This document shows positions 28,354 to 37,615 of a stretch of 64,000 nucleotides of DNA, in pieces (the stretch's first letter is position 1; each line of letters opens with the position of its first letter). Both the position numbers and the translations under genes were made by a program. The notes beneath the pieces are model-generated. The model was not told the origin of the DNA. It was given only the letters and a program-made list of their open reading frames with translations, and did no database searches. Source of the DNA: Treponema sp. (GTDB lineage: Bacteria > Spirochaetota > Spirochaetia > Treponematales > Breznakiellaceae); NCBI GenBank assembly GCA_009782555.1, contig WRIV01000012.1, forward strand, positions 1,470 through 65,469, read 5' to 3'.

Positions 28354-30777
28354 ATGGCTAAGGGTGAAAAAACCACTCCGGCAGGAGTGGAAGGAAAAAT
28401 AAAAAAACTGGAACGGGAACTCCAAAGCCTTTCCGAAACAATGAAACTTTCGGAACAGGCCCTGGAAGCCAAGATCCGCTTTATGTCCGTCTTACAGGAA
28501 GAAAAAACCCGGCAGGAATGGTTTCTTAATATGCTGCTGGAAAACAGCATTGATATTATATTTCTGTTGGACAAAGACCTTAGTATTGCCTATTGTACCA
28601 AGGCTTTTCTTGACATCTACCATGTTCCCCATTTTGACATGATCCGGGGGAGGAATTTTGTTGATATAATAAACCAATATATCAACAAAGACAATGCCAA
28701 AAGACTAACTTCTTTTTTGATAGAGCACCGGCAGATGCAGGAACCTGGGCAGTTTGAATTTGCCCACAGGTATCCCGGAGAAGACCAAAACAGGGTACAT
28801 CATGTTCACTTGACTCCCATGATTAAGGACGGAGAAATTGCCGGTTATATGATCCTGGGCCACGATATCACAGATATAGTCCAGGCCAGAGAAGAGGCGG
28901 AAAAAGCTAACGATACCAAAAGCATTTTTCTGGCCGCCATGAGCCATGAAATCCGTACCCCCATGAATGCCGTTATCGGAATGAGCGAACTGGCCATGCG
29001 TGATGTAAAAAACCCGGTGGTAGCTGAATACCTTTTGGACATCAAGCAGGCGGGAAATAACCTTTTGGCGATCATCAATGATATTCTTGATTTTTCCAAA
29101 ATAGAATCCAGCAGCCTTCAGATAACAGAAATGCCCTATGAATTCAGCTCTCTAATCAATGATGTACTAAACGTAATGAGGATTCATCTGAAGGATAAGC
29201 CCATACAGTTCCTGGCAGAAATTGATTCCCATATTCCCCGGCTGCTCTTGGGAGACGCAGGCAGGGTACGGCAGATTCTGTTTAACCTTTTGAGCAATGC
29301 CCTCAAGTATACCCGGCAGGGTTTTGTAAAGATCAGTATTGGCTGCAGTCCGGTGCCTTTGGAGGATGTAAAACCAAAGAGACTGCGCCTTTATTTCAAG
29401 ATCAGTGACAGCGGCATAGGGATAAAAAAAGAAGATATGGGCAAACTTTTTAAAAACTTTGTCCGCCTGGATACGGTGCGGAATGCGGGGATTGAAGGTA
29501 CCGGCCTTGGGCTTTCCATAACCCGCAGCCTCTGCAAAGCCATGGGGGGAGATATTACGATTGAAAGCGAATATCAGAAGGGTTCGATTTTTATGGCAGA
29601 GGTGCTCCAAGAGGCTGTTGATTCCCGGCCCATGGCGGAGGTGGAAGAGCCGGAACTAAAAAAGACCCTCTTTTACTGCGATAATTCCCTGCTTTCTTCC
29701 TCCTTGGGCTGGACCCTGGAAAACTTGGGCCTTCCCGCAGCACCGGCGGTAAATCAGGAAGAACTGCTGGAAAAACTCGGTACCGGCCTTTGGGATTATG
29801 TCTTTTTTCCCATTGACTGCGCCGAACCAGTAAAGAACTGCATTGATCAAAAAAAACTCAAAACAATTCCTGTACTGTTGGGAAATTTTTCGCCGGGGAA
29901 AAATAGTTTCTGGGACGGTCTGACTGCTGCTTTTCCCTACTATGCTGTTTCGGTGGTTAACGCTTTTCTGGGAAACAAAGGTATTTACCAGCGGGGTGAC
30001 AAATCGTCCTTTACCTGTCCTGATTTTAAGGCACTTATCGTGGATGATCTGGATATTAACCTGAAAATCGCCCAGGGCCTGCTTGCCCCCTACCAAATGC
30101 AGCTTACGCTTTGTAAAAGCGCTTTTCGGGCGATCGAACTGGTTCAGAAAAACGATTTTGATCTTGTCCTGCTGGATCAAATGATGCCGGACATGGATGG
30201 CATGGAGGCAGTCAAGTCTATCCGATCTCTCCAGGGGCAAAAATATAAGGATATTCCCATAGCTGCCATGACCGCAAATACCACGGCAGGCATACGGGAA
30301 GCCTTTCTAAAAAAGGGGTTTAACGATTATCTTTCCAAGCCAATAGAGAGTTTCCGCCTTAATGAATTCCTGGAACGCTGGGTCAGCGAAGACCGGCGCC
30401 GGCCTGCAGAACTGACGGACTATACCTCCCTGGGCGTCAAGGGGTTAGACGAAAGCAGGGGAATGGCGGGATGCTTTCATTCACAGAAAACATACCGGGA
30501 ACTGCTTCGGCTGTTTTGCGAAGATGTCGATTACCGGCTTACCTTTCTGCAAAAAACGGCGGCTGATAATGAACTTGCAAAAGGAAAAGGATCCCGCCTT
30601 TTATCCAGTCTGCATATTCTTAAAAGCGCCTGCGAAACTGTTGGGGCCCTGTCCCTGGCCAAAACTGCGGCGGAACTAAAAAATAATGCGGGAGGAGATG
30701 CGGCGCAGCTTTCCCGTTATGTGAAAGAACTGGGAGCATTCAGGAAAACCATCCTCCAGGCGCTGGAGTCTGCTTAA
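28354..30777 (+). CDS. Cytoplasmic hybrid histidine kinase (coiled coil-PAS-HisKA-HATPase-degenerate REC-REC-HPt)
   Basis: 807 aa, no TM segment. H-box SHEIRTPMNAVIG; G-boxes DSGIGI and GTGLGLSI; receiver (LIVDDLDINL, LLDQMMPDMDG, LSKPIE); HPt (LHILKSACETVGA). Confidence 0.9.
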   Translation: MAKGEKTTPAGVEGKIKKLERELQSLSETMKLSEQALEAKIRFMSVLQEEKTRQEWFLNMLLENSIDIIFLLDKDLSIAYCTKAFLDIYHVPHFDMIRGRNFVDIINQYINKDNAKRLTSFLIEHRQMQEPGQFEFAHRYPGEDQNRVHHVHLTPMIKDGEIAGYMILGHDITDIVQAREEAEKANDTKSIFLAAMSHEIRTPMNAVIGMSELAMRDVKNPVVAEYLLDIKQAGNNLLAIINDILDFSKIESSSLQITEMPYEFSSLINDVLNVMRIHLKDKPIQFLAEIDSHIPRLLLGDAGRVRQILFNLLSNALKYTRQGFVKISIGCSPVPLEDVKPKRLRLYFKISDSGIGIKKEDMGKLFKNFVRLDTVRNAGIEGTGLGLSITRSLCKAMGGDITIESEYQKGSIFMAEVLQEAVDSRPMAEVEEPELKKTLFYCDNSLLSSSLGWTLENLGLPAAPAVNQEELLEKLGTGLWDYVFFPIDCAEPVKNCIDQKKLKTIPVLLGNFSPGKNSFWDGLTAAFPYYAVSVVNAFLGNKGIYQRGDKSSFTCPDFKALIVDDLDINLKIAQGLLAPYQMQLTLCKSAFRAIELVQKNDFDLVLLDQMMPDMDGMEAVKSIRSLQGQKYKDIPIAAMTANTTAGIREAFLKKGFNDYLSKPIESFRLNEFLERWVSEDRRRPAELTDYTSLGVKGLDESRGMAGCFHSQKTYRELLRLFCEDVDYRLTFLQKTAADNELAKGKGSRLLSSLHILKSACETVGALSLAKTAAELKNNAGGDAAQLSRYVKELGAFRKTILQALESA

Positions 30778-31607
30778 CCATTTTTATTAGGGGGGGCAGA
30801 CATTTTTGCGTCGTTCCAAAAACGGTCCATAAATTCCAGGTTTGCTGTTTCCATAGCCGCTCCGCATTCTTTCATCTTTTTTTCTACATAGCTGAACCGG
30901 GAGGTAAATTTAGCATTGGTCCGCTGCAGGGCCAGCGAAGGCTCCACTTTAAAAAAGCGGCATAGATTTACAACAGAAAAAAGAAGGTCCCCCAGTTCCC
31001 CCTCCAGTTCAGATTTTTTTTCTGCACCTTCTGTTTTTGTGGCCGCCGCCGCTTCTACTTCTGCCAGCTCTTCCTTTAGTTTACCCAATGCTCCCGCTGT
31101 ACTGGGCCAGTCGAATCCTTGCTTTGCCGCTTTTTTCTGCAGCTTCCATGCCCTATCCAGGGGCGGCAAGGCTCGGGAAACTTCGTCCAAAACCGAATCT
31201 TTGGGGTTTCGTCCTTCCTGCTCAACCTTGATCCGGGCCCAATTATCCAGAACCTTTGCGGAACTGATGGATCCCGCTTCGTTTTCTGTCCGGAGTTCTC
31301 CGAAGACATGGGGATGCCGGCGGATTAATTTTTCGGAAACATCATTCAGAACATCGGAAACAGAAAAAAGCCCTTCCTGCTGATGCATATAGGAAATCAT
31401 CGTTACCAAAAGAAAAAGATCCCCCAGCTCTTCCCGGATATGGGCAGAGTTCTGTTGATCGATGGCTTCGATGCATTCGTAGGTTTCTTCGATCAGATCT
31501 CCCCTGAGGGTTTGCGGGGTTTGTTCCCGGTCCCAGGGACAACCGTTTTCACCCCGGAGTTTTTCCACAATGGTGTAGAACCGGCTAAAGGCTTCTCTGT
31601 GATCCAT
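30774..31607 (-). CDS. mazG: MazG nucleoside triphosphate pyrophosphohydrolase
   Basis: 277 aa. Tandem MazG domains: CPWDREQTPQTLRGDLIEETYECIEAI ... EELGDLFL and ELAEVEAA...GELGDLLF. Confidence 0.9.
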   Translation of the reverse strand: MDHREAFSRFYTIVEKLRGENGCPWDREQTPQTLRGDLIEETYECIEAIDQQNSAHIREELGDLFLLVTMISYMHQQEGLFSVSDVLNDVSEKLIRRHPHVFGELRTENEAGSISSAKVLDNWARIKVEQEGRNPKDSVLDEVSRALPPLDRAWKLQKKAAKQGFDWPSTAGALGKLKEELAEVEAAAATKTEGAEKKSELEGELGDLLFSVVNLCRFFKVEPSLALQRTNAKFTSRFSYVEKKMKECGAAMETANLEFMDRFWNDAKMSAPPNKNG

Positions 31608-31648
31608 ACAAGCTCTCCCTGCAAGGCTGTGTTTATTGTATTGTAAAT

Positions 31649-32434
31649 GTGCCGTTTTATGCTAGAATAAACCCGACTATGGAGCAAAGCTGCCAGGGAA
31701 AAAAAATATTTATCCTCTATCCGCACAGCGTTATCAAGGATGAATTGCTGGATATCCTAATTATGGCAGGTTTTGAATCCTATGTGTTGTTCGATCATAA
31801 GCGGGCTTTGAAATTGCTGCTTAAATATCCCGATTCAATCATGTTTATCAATATTGATGAGGGCATGAGCGAAAGAGAGTGGGAAACCTATGTCCGGGGC
31901 ATACAGGAAGATCCGGAAACTAAAAACTGCCGGCTGGGGATTCTTTCCTACAATACGGACCAGAACCTTATGCAAAAATACCTGATGGATCTGTCCGTAC
32001 CCTGCGGATACATTCAACTTAAGCTGGGGATCAAGGAGAGTACAAAAATTATGCTCAATGTTCTGGAGGCGAACGAAGCCAGGGGGAAGCGCAAATATAT
32101 CCGGGCTTTTTGCGAAAACGACATCAGCGCCACGGTGAACATAAAAAGCCCCTCCGGTATTTACTACGGCAAACTTCTTGACATCAGCGCCGCAGGTGTT
32201 GCCGCCCGGTTCGAAACAATCGAGAAACTTGCTCCCAGCAGTGTGGTTAAGGAGATGCAGTTTAAGCTTCGGGGCGGCCTTGTGCTTGCCGATGCGGTCT
32301 TTATGGGCAAACGGGATGATCAGGTATATATCTTTATGTTTGATATTCCCAGGATGAACCCTGATCATAAACTCATCATCCACCGGTACATCAAATATAC
32401 CCTTCAACACTACATAGATAACCTAAAACTCTAA
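31649..32434 (+). CDS. PilZ-domain c-di-GMP receptor with an N-terminal receiver-like domain
   Basis: 261 aa. PilZ motifs RxxxR (KRKYIR) and DxSxxG (DISAAGV). The N-terminal roughly 120 aa looks flavodoxin/receiver-like (KKIFILYP...IMFINIDEG). The start may instead be the Met at 31679. Confidence 0.75.
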   Translation: MPFYARINPTMEQSCQGKKIFILYPHSVIKDELLDILIMAGFESYVLFDHKRALKLLLKYPDSIMFINIDEGMSEREWETYVRGIQEDPETKNCRLGILSYNTDQNLMQKYLMDLSVPCGYIQLKLGIKESTKIMLNVLEANEARGKRKYIRAFCENDISATVNIKSPSGIYYGKLLDISAAGVAARFETIEKLAPSSVVKEMQFKLRGGLVLADAVFMGKRDDQVYIFMFDIPRMNPDHKLIIHRYIKYTLQHYIDNLKL

Positions 32435-33072
32435 TGCTTTCTCTGGCCGTCTTTCTGGGAAACCCCGGCACTGAATACGCCCGCCACCGCCACAATGCAG
32501 GGCGGCTTTTGGCGGAAAAACTCCCTTTTTACGGCGATCTTGCCTGGCACAAAAAATTCCGGAGCCGCCTTGCTCATACCGTGTCCGGCGGCGATCTGCA
32601 ATCACCCTGCCATTTTCTTGTCCCGGAAACATACATGAACCTTTCTGGCCTTTCGGTGCAGGCCGCTGCGGCATTCCATAGAATTCCTCCACAAAAAATC
32701 CTAGTGGTCCATGATGAACTGGAACTGCCTCTAGGATACCTTTCCTTAAAATTTGCGGGGGGGCTGGGGGGCCACAACGGCTTGCGGTCGATAAAAGATT
32801 CCCTTGGTACTGCGGAATTCTGGCGGCTGCGAATAGGCATTGGCCGCCCTCCCGGCGGCCGTGCGCCCGGTGAAGGCGGCGGGGAGGCCAAAGGCGTATA
32901 TGCGGGAGGCGATGGCAAGATTGCCCGCTGGGTACTGTCGAGTTTTAATTCTGACGAAGCTGCTATTTTGGAAACAGTTTTGAAGGCCGGAGCATCCCTT
33001 CTGATCCGCGCCATGACAGAAGATCCTGAAACCCTGCTTGCTGAATGGAAGAAAAAACGAGTATCCTGCTGA
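32434..33072 (+). CDS. pth: Peptidyl-tRNA hydrolase
   Basis: 212 aa. Motifs: LAVFLGNPGTEYARHRHNAG, YMNLSG, VVHDELELPLG, GGHNGLRSI. Contains a Gly-rich insertion. Confidence 0.9.
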   Translation: MLSLAVFLGNPGTEYARHRHNAGRLLAEKLPFYGDLAWHKKFRSRLAHTVSGGDLQSPCHFLVPETYMNLSGLSVQAAAAFHRIPPQKILVVHDELELPLGYLSLKFAGGLGGHNGLRSIKDSLGTAEFWRLRIGIGRPPGGRAPGEGGGEAKGVYAGGDGKIARWVLSSFNSDEAAILETVLKAGASLLIRAMTEDPETLLAEWKKKRVSC

Positions 33073-33073
33073 T

Positions 33074-34480
33074 ATGGCCGAATTAAATGCCGCAAGCCGT
33101 TTGGGAACAGAACCAGTTGGCCGCTTATTGTTAAAATTTTCCATTCCAGCAATTACGGGGATGGTTGTCAATGCCCTCTACAATGTGGTGGATCGTATAT
33201 GGGTAGGCCGGGGAGTTAACGAGATAGCCCTGGGAGGCCTTTCTCTGGTCCTGCCTCTGGTGACCATTACCATGGCCTTTTCCATGCTCTTTGGCGTAGG
33301 GTCGGCAAACCTGATTTCCATGCGGCTGGGCCAGGGCCGCAAGGAAGATGCGGAAAATGCCCTGAATCACTGCTTCTTTCTTCTGATTATTTCGGCGCTG
33401 GTTATCATGACCGTAGAAATGATCTTTCTGGATCAGATTCTTGATCGCATGGGATCCGAAAGAGGAAGCGAAGCTCTGGACTATGCCCGCCGTTACTACC
33501 GGATTATCCTTTACGGTCAGGTTTTTTTTATGGTGGGTTTTGGTTTGTCCCATTGTACCCGGGCCCAGGGTTTTCCCACCATTACCATGATAGGCATGAT
33601 TATGGGAGCGGGGATAAATATGCTCCTCGATCCGCTGTTTATCATTGTTCTTGGCTGGGGCGTAGAAGGTGCCGCCTGGGCTACGATCATCTCTCAGTTT
33701 ATTTCTGCCATTTGGATACTATCCTTTAACTTTGGAAAAAAAGCGGTGATCCGTCTGCGGTTTGCGCAGAAAAAACAGGGACGCAGTACATTTCGTCCTT
33801 CAGGAAGAATAATACGGGACATCATGAGTTTTGGTTCATCGCAGTTCCTTCTTCAATTTGCTATGTCTTCCGTACAGTTTCTCTTTAACAATAGTATGGG
33901 CTGGTACGGAGCCGCTGAACTTGGCGCAGGAGGAGGGGACATTGCCCGGGCGGGCCTTAATATAACCATGTCTGTATCCATGCTTTTCCTAATGCCGATT
34001 TTCGGGATTAACCAGGGGGCCCAGCCGATCCTGGGCTTTAACTATGGGGCCAAGCAGTTTGAACGGGTACGGAAGACATTCCTTCTGGCAATCAGCGGCG
34101 CCACTGTGATCTGTCTTTTTGGTTTTACTCTGGGAGAACTTTTCCCCCATGTCCTTGTGCGGCTCTTTGTACCCAATGGCAGTTCGGCCCTCCTGAACTT
34201 TGCTCCCTATACCCTAAGAGTAATGATGATGATCATGCCGCTAAATGGGTTTACCATTGTGGCCACTAACTTCTTTGTCGTTACCGGGCGGCCTAAAACG
34301 TCGATATTTCTTTCAATGCTCCGTCAGGTTATTGCACTTATTCCCTGTATTCTCCTCTTTGGAAAACTTTGGGGCCTCCGGGGTGTGATTGCCGCCGCTC
34401 CTGTGGCGGACAGTTTTGCCTTTATCTGTACCCTTACCATGATCCTTCTGGAAATGCAGAAGCTCAAGGCAGTATACTAA
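33074..34480 (+). CDS. MATE-family efflux transporter
   Basis: I moved the start to the ATG at 33074, directly after the pth stop. About 468 aa with 12 hydrophobic segments. MATE N-terminus: LLLKFSIPAITGMVVNALYNVVDRIWVG. Confidence 0.88.
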   Translation: MAELNAASRLGTEPVGRLLLKFSIPAITGMVVNALYNVVDRIWVGRGVNEIALGGLSLVLPLVTITMAFSMLFGVGSANLISMRLGQGRKEDAENALNHCFFLLIISALVIMTVEMIFLDQILDRMGSERGSEALDYARRYYRIILYGQVFFMVGFGLSHCTRAQGFPTITMIGMIMGAGINMLLDPLFIIVLGWGVEGAAWATIISQFISAIWILSFNFGKKAVIRLRFAQKKQGRSTFRPSGRIIRDIMSFGSSQFLLQFAMSSVQFLFNNSMGWYGAAELGAGGGDIARAGLNITMSVSMLFLMPIFGINQGAQPILGFNYGAKQFERVRKTFLLAISGATVICLFGFTLGELFPHVLVRLFVPNGSSALLNFAPYTLRVMMMIMPLNGFTIVATNFFVVTGRPKTSIFLSMLRQVIALIPCILLFGKLWGLRGVIAAAPVADSFAFICTLTMILLEMQKLKAVY

Positions 34481-34484
34481 TAGT

Positions 34485-36119
34485 GTGATGATTCGCCGCT
34501 GCCTGCCCGGCATACTTTTTTTCTGTGCTGTGTTTTTTCTTTACCCCGATACCTATAACGAAGTTTCTGGTTCAGGATTGTTTCTGGACAGTTTTCCCTC
34601 CGGTGCAAAGGTGTTTATCGATGGTGTTGAACGAGGGACCACGCCTTACAGCAGTTCTTCCATTCGGAGCGGCGAATACAGCATACGAATTTATAAAGAA
34701 GGCTATACAGAACGCCGCTTTTCGGTGGTGATCCGCCGGGACAGCCGTGTAGAAGTCATAGTGGATATGAAGGAGGCCAAGGGACAGGTTCTGCTTGAAC
34801 TAACCCGCGATCCTGCCGTTCCTTCTTCACTTCCATTTAACCCCCGAATCAGCGCCGATGGGTCCTACCTTTCTGCGGAAGATATTACCGTAACCGCTTC
34901 TGCGCACCAGCAAAATGTTACACTCCCCGCAGGGTGGCGTACTGTCACGGTGGATGCGTTTGGCTGGGAACGGGTAAGCAGAAGGATTTATGTGGAAGAC
35001 GACGGCATCCAAAAATTGGAACTGCTGCTTAAGCGTGCGGAATTTATCCTTACCAATGCCAGCCTGAAAAAAACCCGTTTTAATCCGAAAAATTCCGGCA
35101 TCCTGGGCACCGTGGAAATTAACTTTATGGTAAGCGCCCCCGGCCTGGGTCTTCTGGAAGTGCTGGATGCAAATGGGGCCGTGATCCATGAGCGGGATCT
35201 GGGACCTTTTACCGGCTGGCAGCAGCAGGCGGCATGGAATGGCCGGAACAGAGACGGGGAACCGGTTGGCGACGGAACGTATCTCCTCCGGCTCAGCGCG
35301 TGGGACGAAGAAACAAATGACAGGCAAAGTGCTGAATTTCCGGTATTGGCGGATTCATCTATAATAATGCGGCCCCTTACTATGGTTTCTTCTTCATCGG
35401 GGTTACTGCTGGTTCCTTCTCCGGAAGCGCTGCCGGCCTTTTCCTATCAGATAGAAGGGAACCTTCTGGCAGGGAGGCCCCTTTTGCGGGAAGCCTGGGA
35501 AAGCCTGCCCTTTGCCGTTGGCCTTCGGGTGTCTTTTCTGGACAATTTGGAAGCTGCCGCGGTATTCAATGCCGCCCCAGGATTTTCCGGCGGTACCGAA
35601 TGGGGAATTGGCGCTTCGATCAAGTGGATTTTTTTCCACCCCCGGAAGGGATTTTCCGGTTTTGCCGATGCCCTGGGCATGGCGGCGGTTTTGTCCTATG
35701 GCTGGGCCACGGCAGGGCCCTATACAGCTTTTGGAATGGGAACAGGAGCGGCCCTGCGGCTCCCCATGATGTACCGGCCCGTGTCGGGAGAAACGGCCAA
35801 ACGGGGCAATTATTCCTTTGATTTGCTGTTAAGCCCCTTTTTTCTTTGGGCCGGCGAAAAGGGTTATCCAGACAGTATCATTCCCCGGCTGGGAATGGAA
35901 GGGGGAGCGCTCTTTACCCATGGGAATATTGCCGCGGGTCTTTCTCTCCGCTGGGATTATGTGCCGGAAGAGGGAAGTTCCGGCCCTCTGGTATCGGCCC
36001 TGGAGTTTAAATTCTTTCCCTCCAGCTTTGTGGTTTCCCTTACCGGCGGTTTCTGGTATTTACCAGACGGAAAACAAGGGGGCGCTTTTTTCGGCGCCGG
36101 CCTGGGGATTATGTATTAG
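34485..36119 (+). CDS. Secreted PEGA-domain / FlgD-Ig-like protein with a beta-rich C-terminal half
   Basis: 544 aa with a signal peptide. PEGA motif: FLDSFPSGAKVFIDGVERGTTPY. FlgD-Ig-like segment: RFNPKNSG...DGTYLLRLSAWDE. The C-terminal part is rich in Gly and aromatic residues. Confidence 0.65.
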   Translation: MMIRRCLPGILFFCAVFFLYPDTYNEVSGSGLFLDSFPSGAKVFIDGVERGTTPYSSSSIRSGEYSIRIYKEGYTERRFSVVIRRDSRVEVIVDMKEAKGQVLLELTRDPAVPSSLPFNPRISADGSYLSAEDITVTASAHQQNVTLPAGWRTVTVDAFGWERVSRRIYVEDDGIQKLELLLKRAEFILTNASLKKTRFNPKNSGILGTVEINFMVSAPGLGLLEVLDANGAVIHERDLGPFTGWQQQAAWNGRNRDGEPVGDGTYLLRLSAWDEETNDRQSAEFPVLADSSIIMRPLTMVSSSSGLLLVPSPEALPAFSYQIEGNLLAGRPLLREAWESLPFAVGLRVSFLDNLEAAAVFNAAPGFSGGTEWGIGASIKWIFFHPRKGFSGFADALGMAAVLSYGWATAGPYTAFGMGTGAALRLPMMYRPVSGETAKRGNYSFDLLLSPFFLWAGEKGYPDSIIPRLGMEGGALFTHGNIAAGLSLRWDYVPEEGSSGPLVSALEFKFFPSSFVVSLTGGFWYLPDGKQGGAFFGAGLGIMY

Positions 36120-36780
36120 CGGCATTATGAATCAGCGTAACCGTGCAGGCTTTTCCCAAAGGATAAAAGGTTCCGCATAGCAGGGGCAGAGGATCATCTT
36201 TTGTACCGGCGGCATTTACCGGTTCTTTTGGCACAAAAAGTTTTGTTTCCATGCCGTCATTGTGGCGGATCACAAGGGCATCCAGCACTTCCGCCAATGC
36301 CCTGAGTTTATCTATGCCGGAAAGATCATCATCCCTAAGCAGGGGAGCAAATTCCAAGGAAGTGTGGATCGTCCGCATGATCGACAAAAGCAGGAGACTG
36401 CCTTTTTTACACACATAAAAAGGGCCTGCTTTTATGTATGCGCCGTTTATGGTCCGGTGTATTTCTTCCCGGCCCATGGCAAAGCTCTTTTGGTAGAAAG
36501 ACTCTTCGTAGTCGGCAAGGCCTTCGTCAAAGAGCAGGTTGAATTCTTCTGCATCAATTTTTTTGTATATCGAAAAATCAATACGGCTGAAAACAAAATC
36601 TTCAAAACTTCCGCCGGTCAGGGCGGTGCCGGAATTTGACACATCCAGGGATTGCTGCGCAGCGGTGTCAATTTTCGCCAATTCTGTGTGAACAAAAAGA
36701 ATGCGCCGGTACCGGCTTTCTATGCGCTGCCTGATAAGATTAACCAATGCTTCGGCAGATTCTTCAGGCAAATCGTTCAT
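36109..36780 (-). CDS. Hypothetical protein
   Basis: ORF trimmed to the Met at 36780 (MNDLPEES...), 223 aa. It overlaps the upstream SpoU gene by 17 nt. No motif recognised. Confidence 0.5.
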   Translation of the reverse strand: MNDLPEESAEALVNLIRQRIESRYRRILFVHTELAKIDTAAQQSLDVSNSGTALTGGSFEDFVFSRIDFSIYKKIDAEEFNLLFDEGLADYEESFYQKSFAMGREEIHRTINGAYIKAGPFYVCKKGSLLLLSIMRTIHTSLEFAPLLRDDDLSGIDKLRALAEVLDALVIRHNDGMETKLFVPKEPVNAAGTKDDPLPLLCGTFYPLGKACTVTLIHNAANT

Positions 36781-37615
36781 AGAGTTCCTGCAAAAAAAGA
36801 GCCGCCGCCTGGGCAGCGTTAAGACTTTCAATGGCGCCGGTTCCGGGAATCCTGGCCATAATGGAGCATTGTTCCCTTATTTCTCCGGGAAGACCCGTTT
36901 CTTCATTGCCTATCACCAAAATCATACCGGGATGCCCCGCCCCGGTTTTTTTTTGCTTTACCTCTTCTAGGTACGGAATATCCCGAATCCGAATCCGCGC
37001 CCGGGGATCGGTTCCGATGGTAATTAGTTTTTTTGAAACGCTCCGTAAAAAAGCGGCGGGACTGCGTATCGACCGGAATTCAACATATTCCATCCCCCCT
37101 TCCGCAACCCGATAGGCACTGGTGGTAAGACGCTTTGCTTCCTCCTCATTGCTTTCGGTCAGAATGATTAACGGAGCGTCAAAAAAAGCGGCGGCCCGGA
37201 CTATGGCTCCCAGATTATGATCGTTTCCCACATCGCAGAGTAAAAGCCCGGTCTTTCCTTCTGCCGCCCATGCGTCAATATCCTCCGGGGAGGCGGCCTT
37301 TATTTTAGGCTCAAAAATCATCGCCACAATCCCCTGGTGATGACTGGTTTTGCATATTTTTTCTAATTCTTCGTTTTCGCAGAGCTTGTAAGGGCGCTTC
37401 CGTTCCGCCAGATGTCTGCACAGCCCGGTAAAAAGGGGAAGCCTGTCTTCCCGCAGAAAGAGGCGGTTAACCTTTTCGGGGTGAACTTCGTTTAAAGAGC
37501 GGATTGCATTTAAACCGCAGACAGCAAGTTCATCGGTCAGCTTGTTGCGCATAAGCAACTGTATCATTTTTTCAAGTGATTTAATACCATGAACGCAGAT
37601 GAGCATTGTTACCAA
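36764..37615 (-). CDS. SpoU/TrmH-family RNA 2'-O-methyltransferase
   Basis: 283 aa. Motifs: DHNLGAIVRAAAFF, LVIGNEETGL, IPGTGAIESLNAAQAAAL. The start is uncertain; Met codons at 37615, 37606 and 37567 are all possible. Confidence 0.85.
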   Translation of the reverse strand: MVTMLICVHGIKSLEKMIQLLMRNKLTDELAVCGLNAIRSLNEVHPEKVNRLFLREDRLPLFTGLCRHLAERKRPYKLCENEELEKICKTSHHQGIVAMIFEPKIKAASPEDIDAWAAEGKTGLLLCDVGNDHNLGAIVRAAAFFDAPLIILTESNEEEAKRLTTSAYRVAEGGMEYVEFRSIRSPAAFLRSVSKKLITIGTDPRARIRIRDIPYLEEVKQKKTGAGHPGMILVIGNEETGLPGEIREQCSIMARIPGTGAIESLNAAQAAALFLQELYERFA

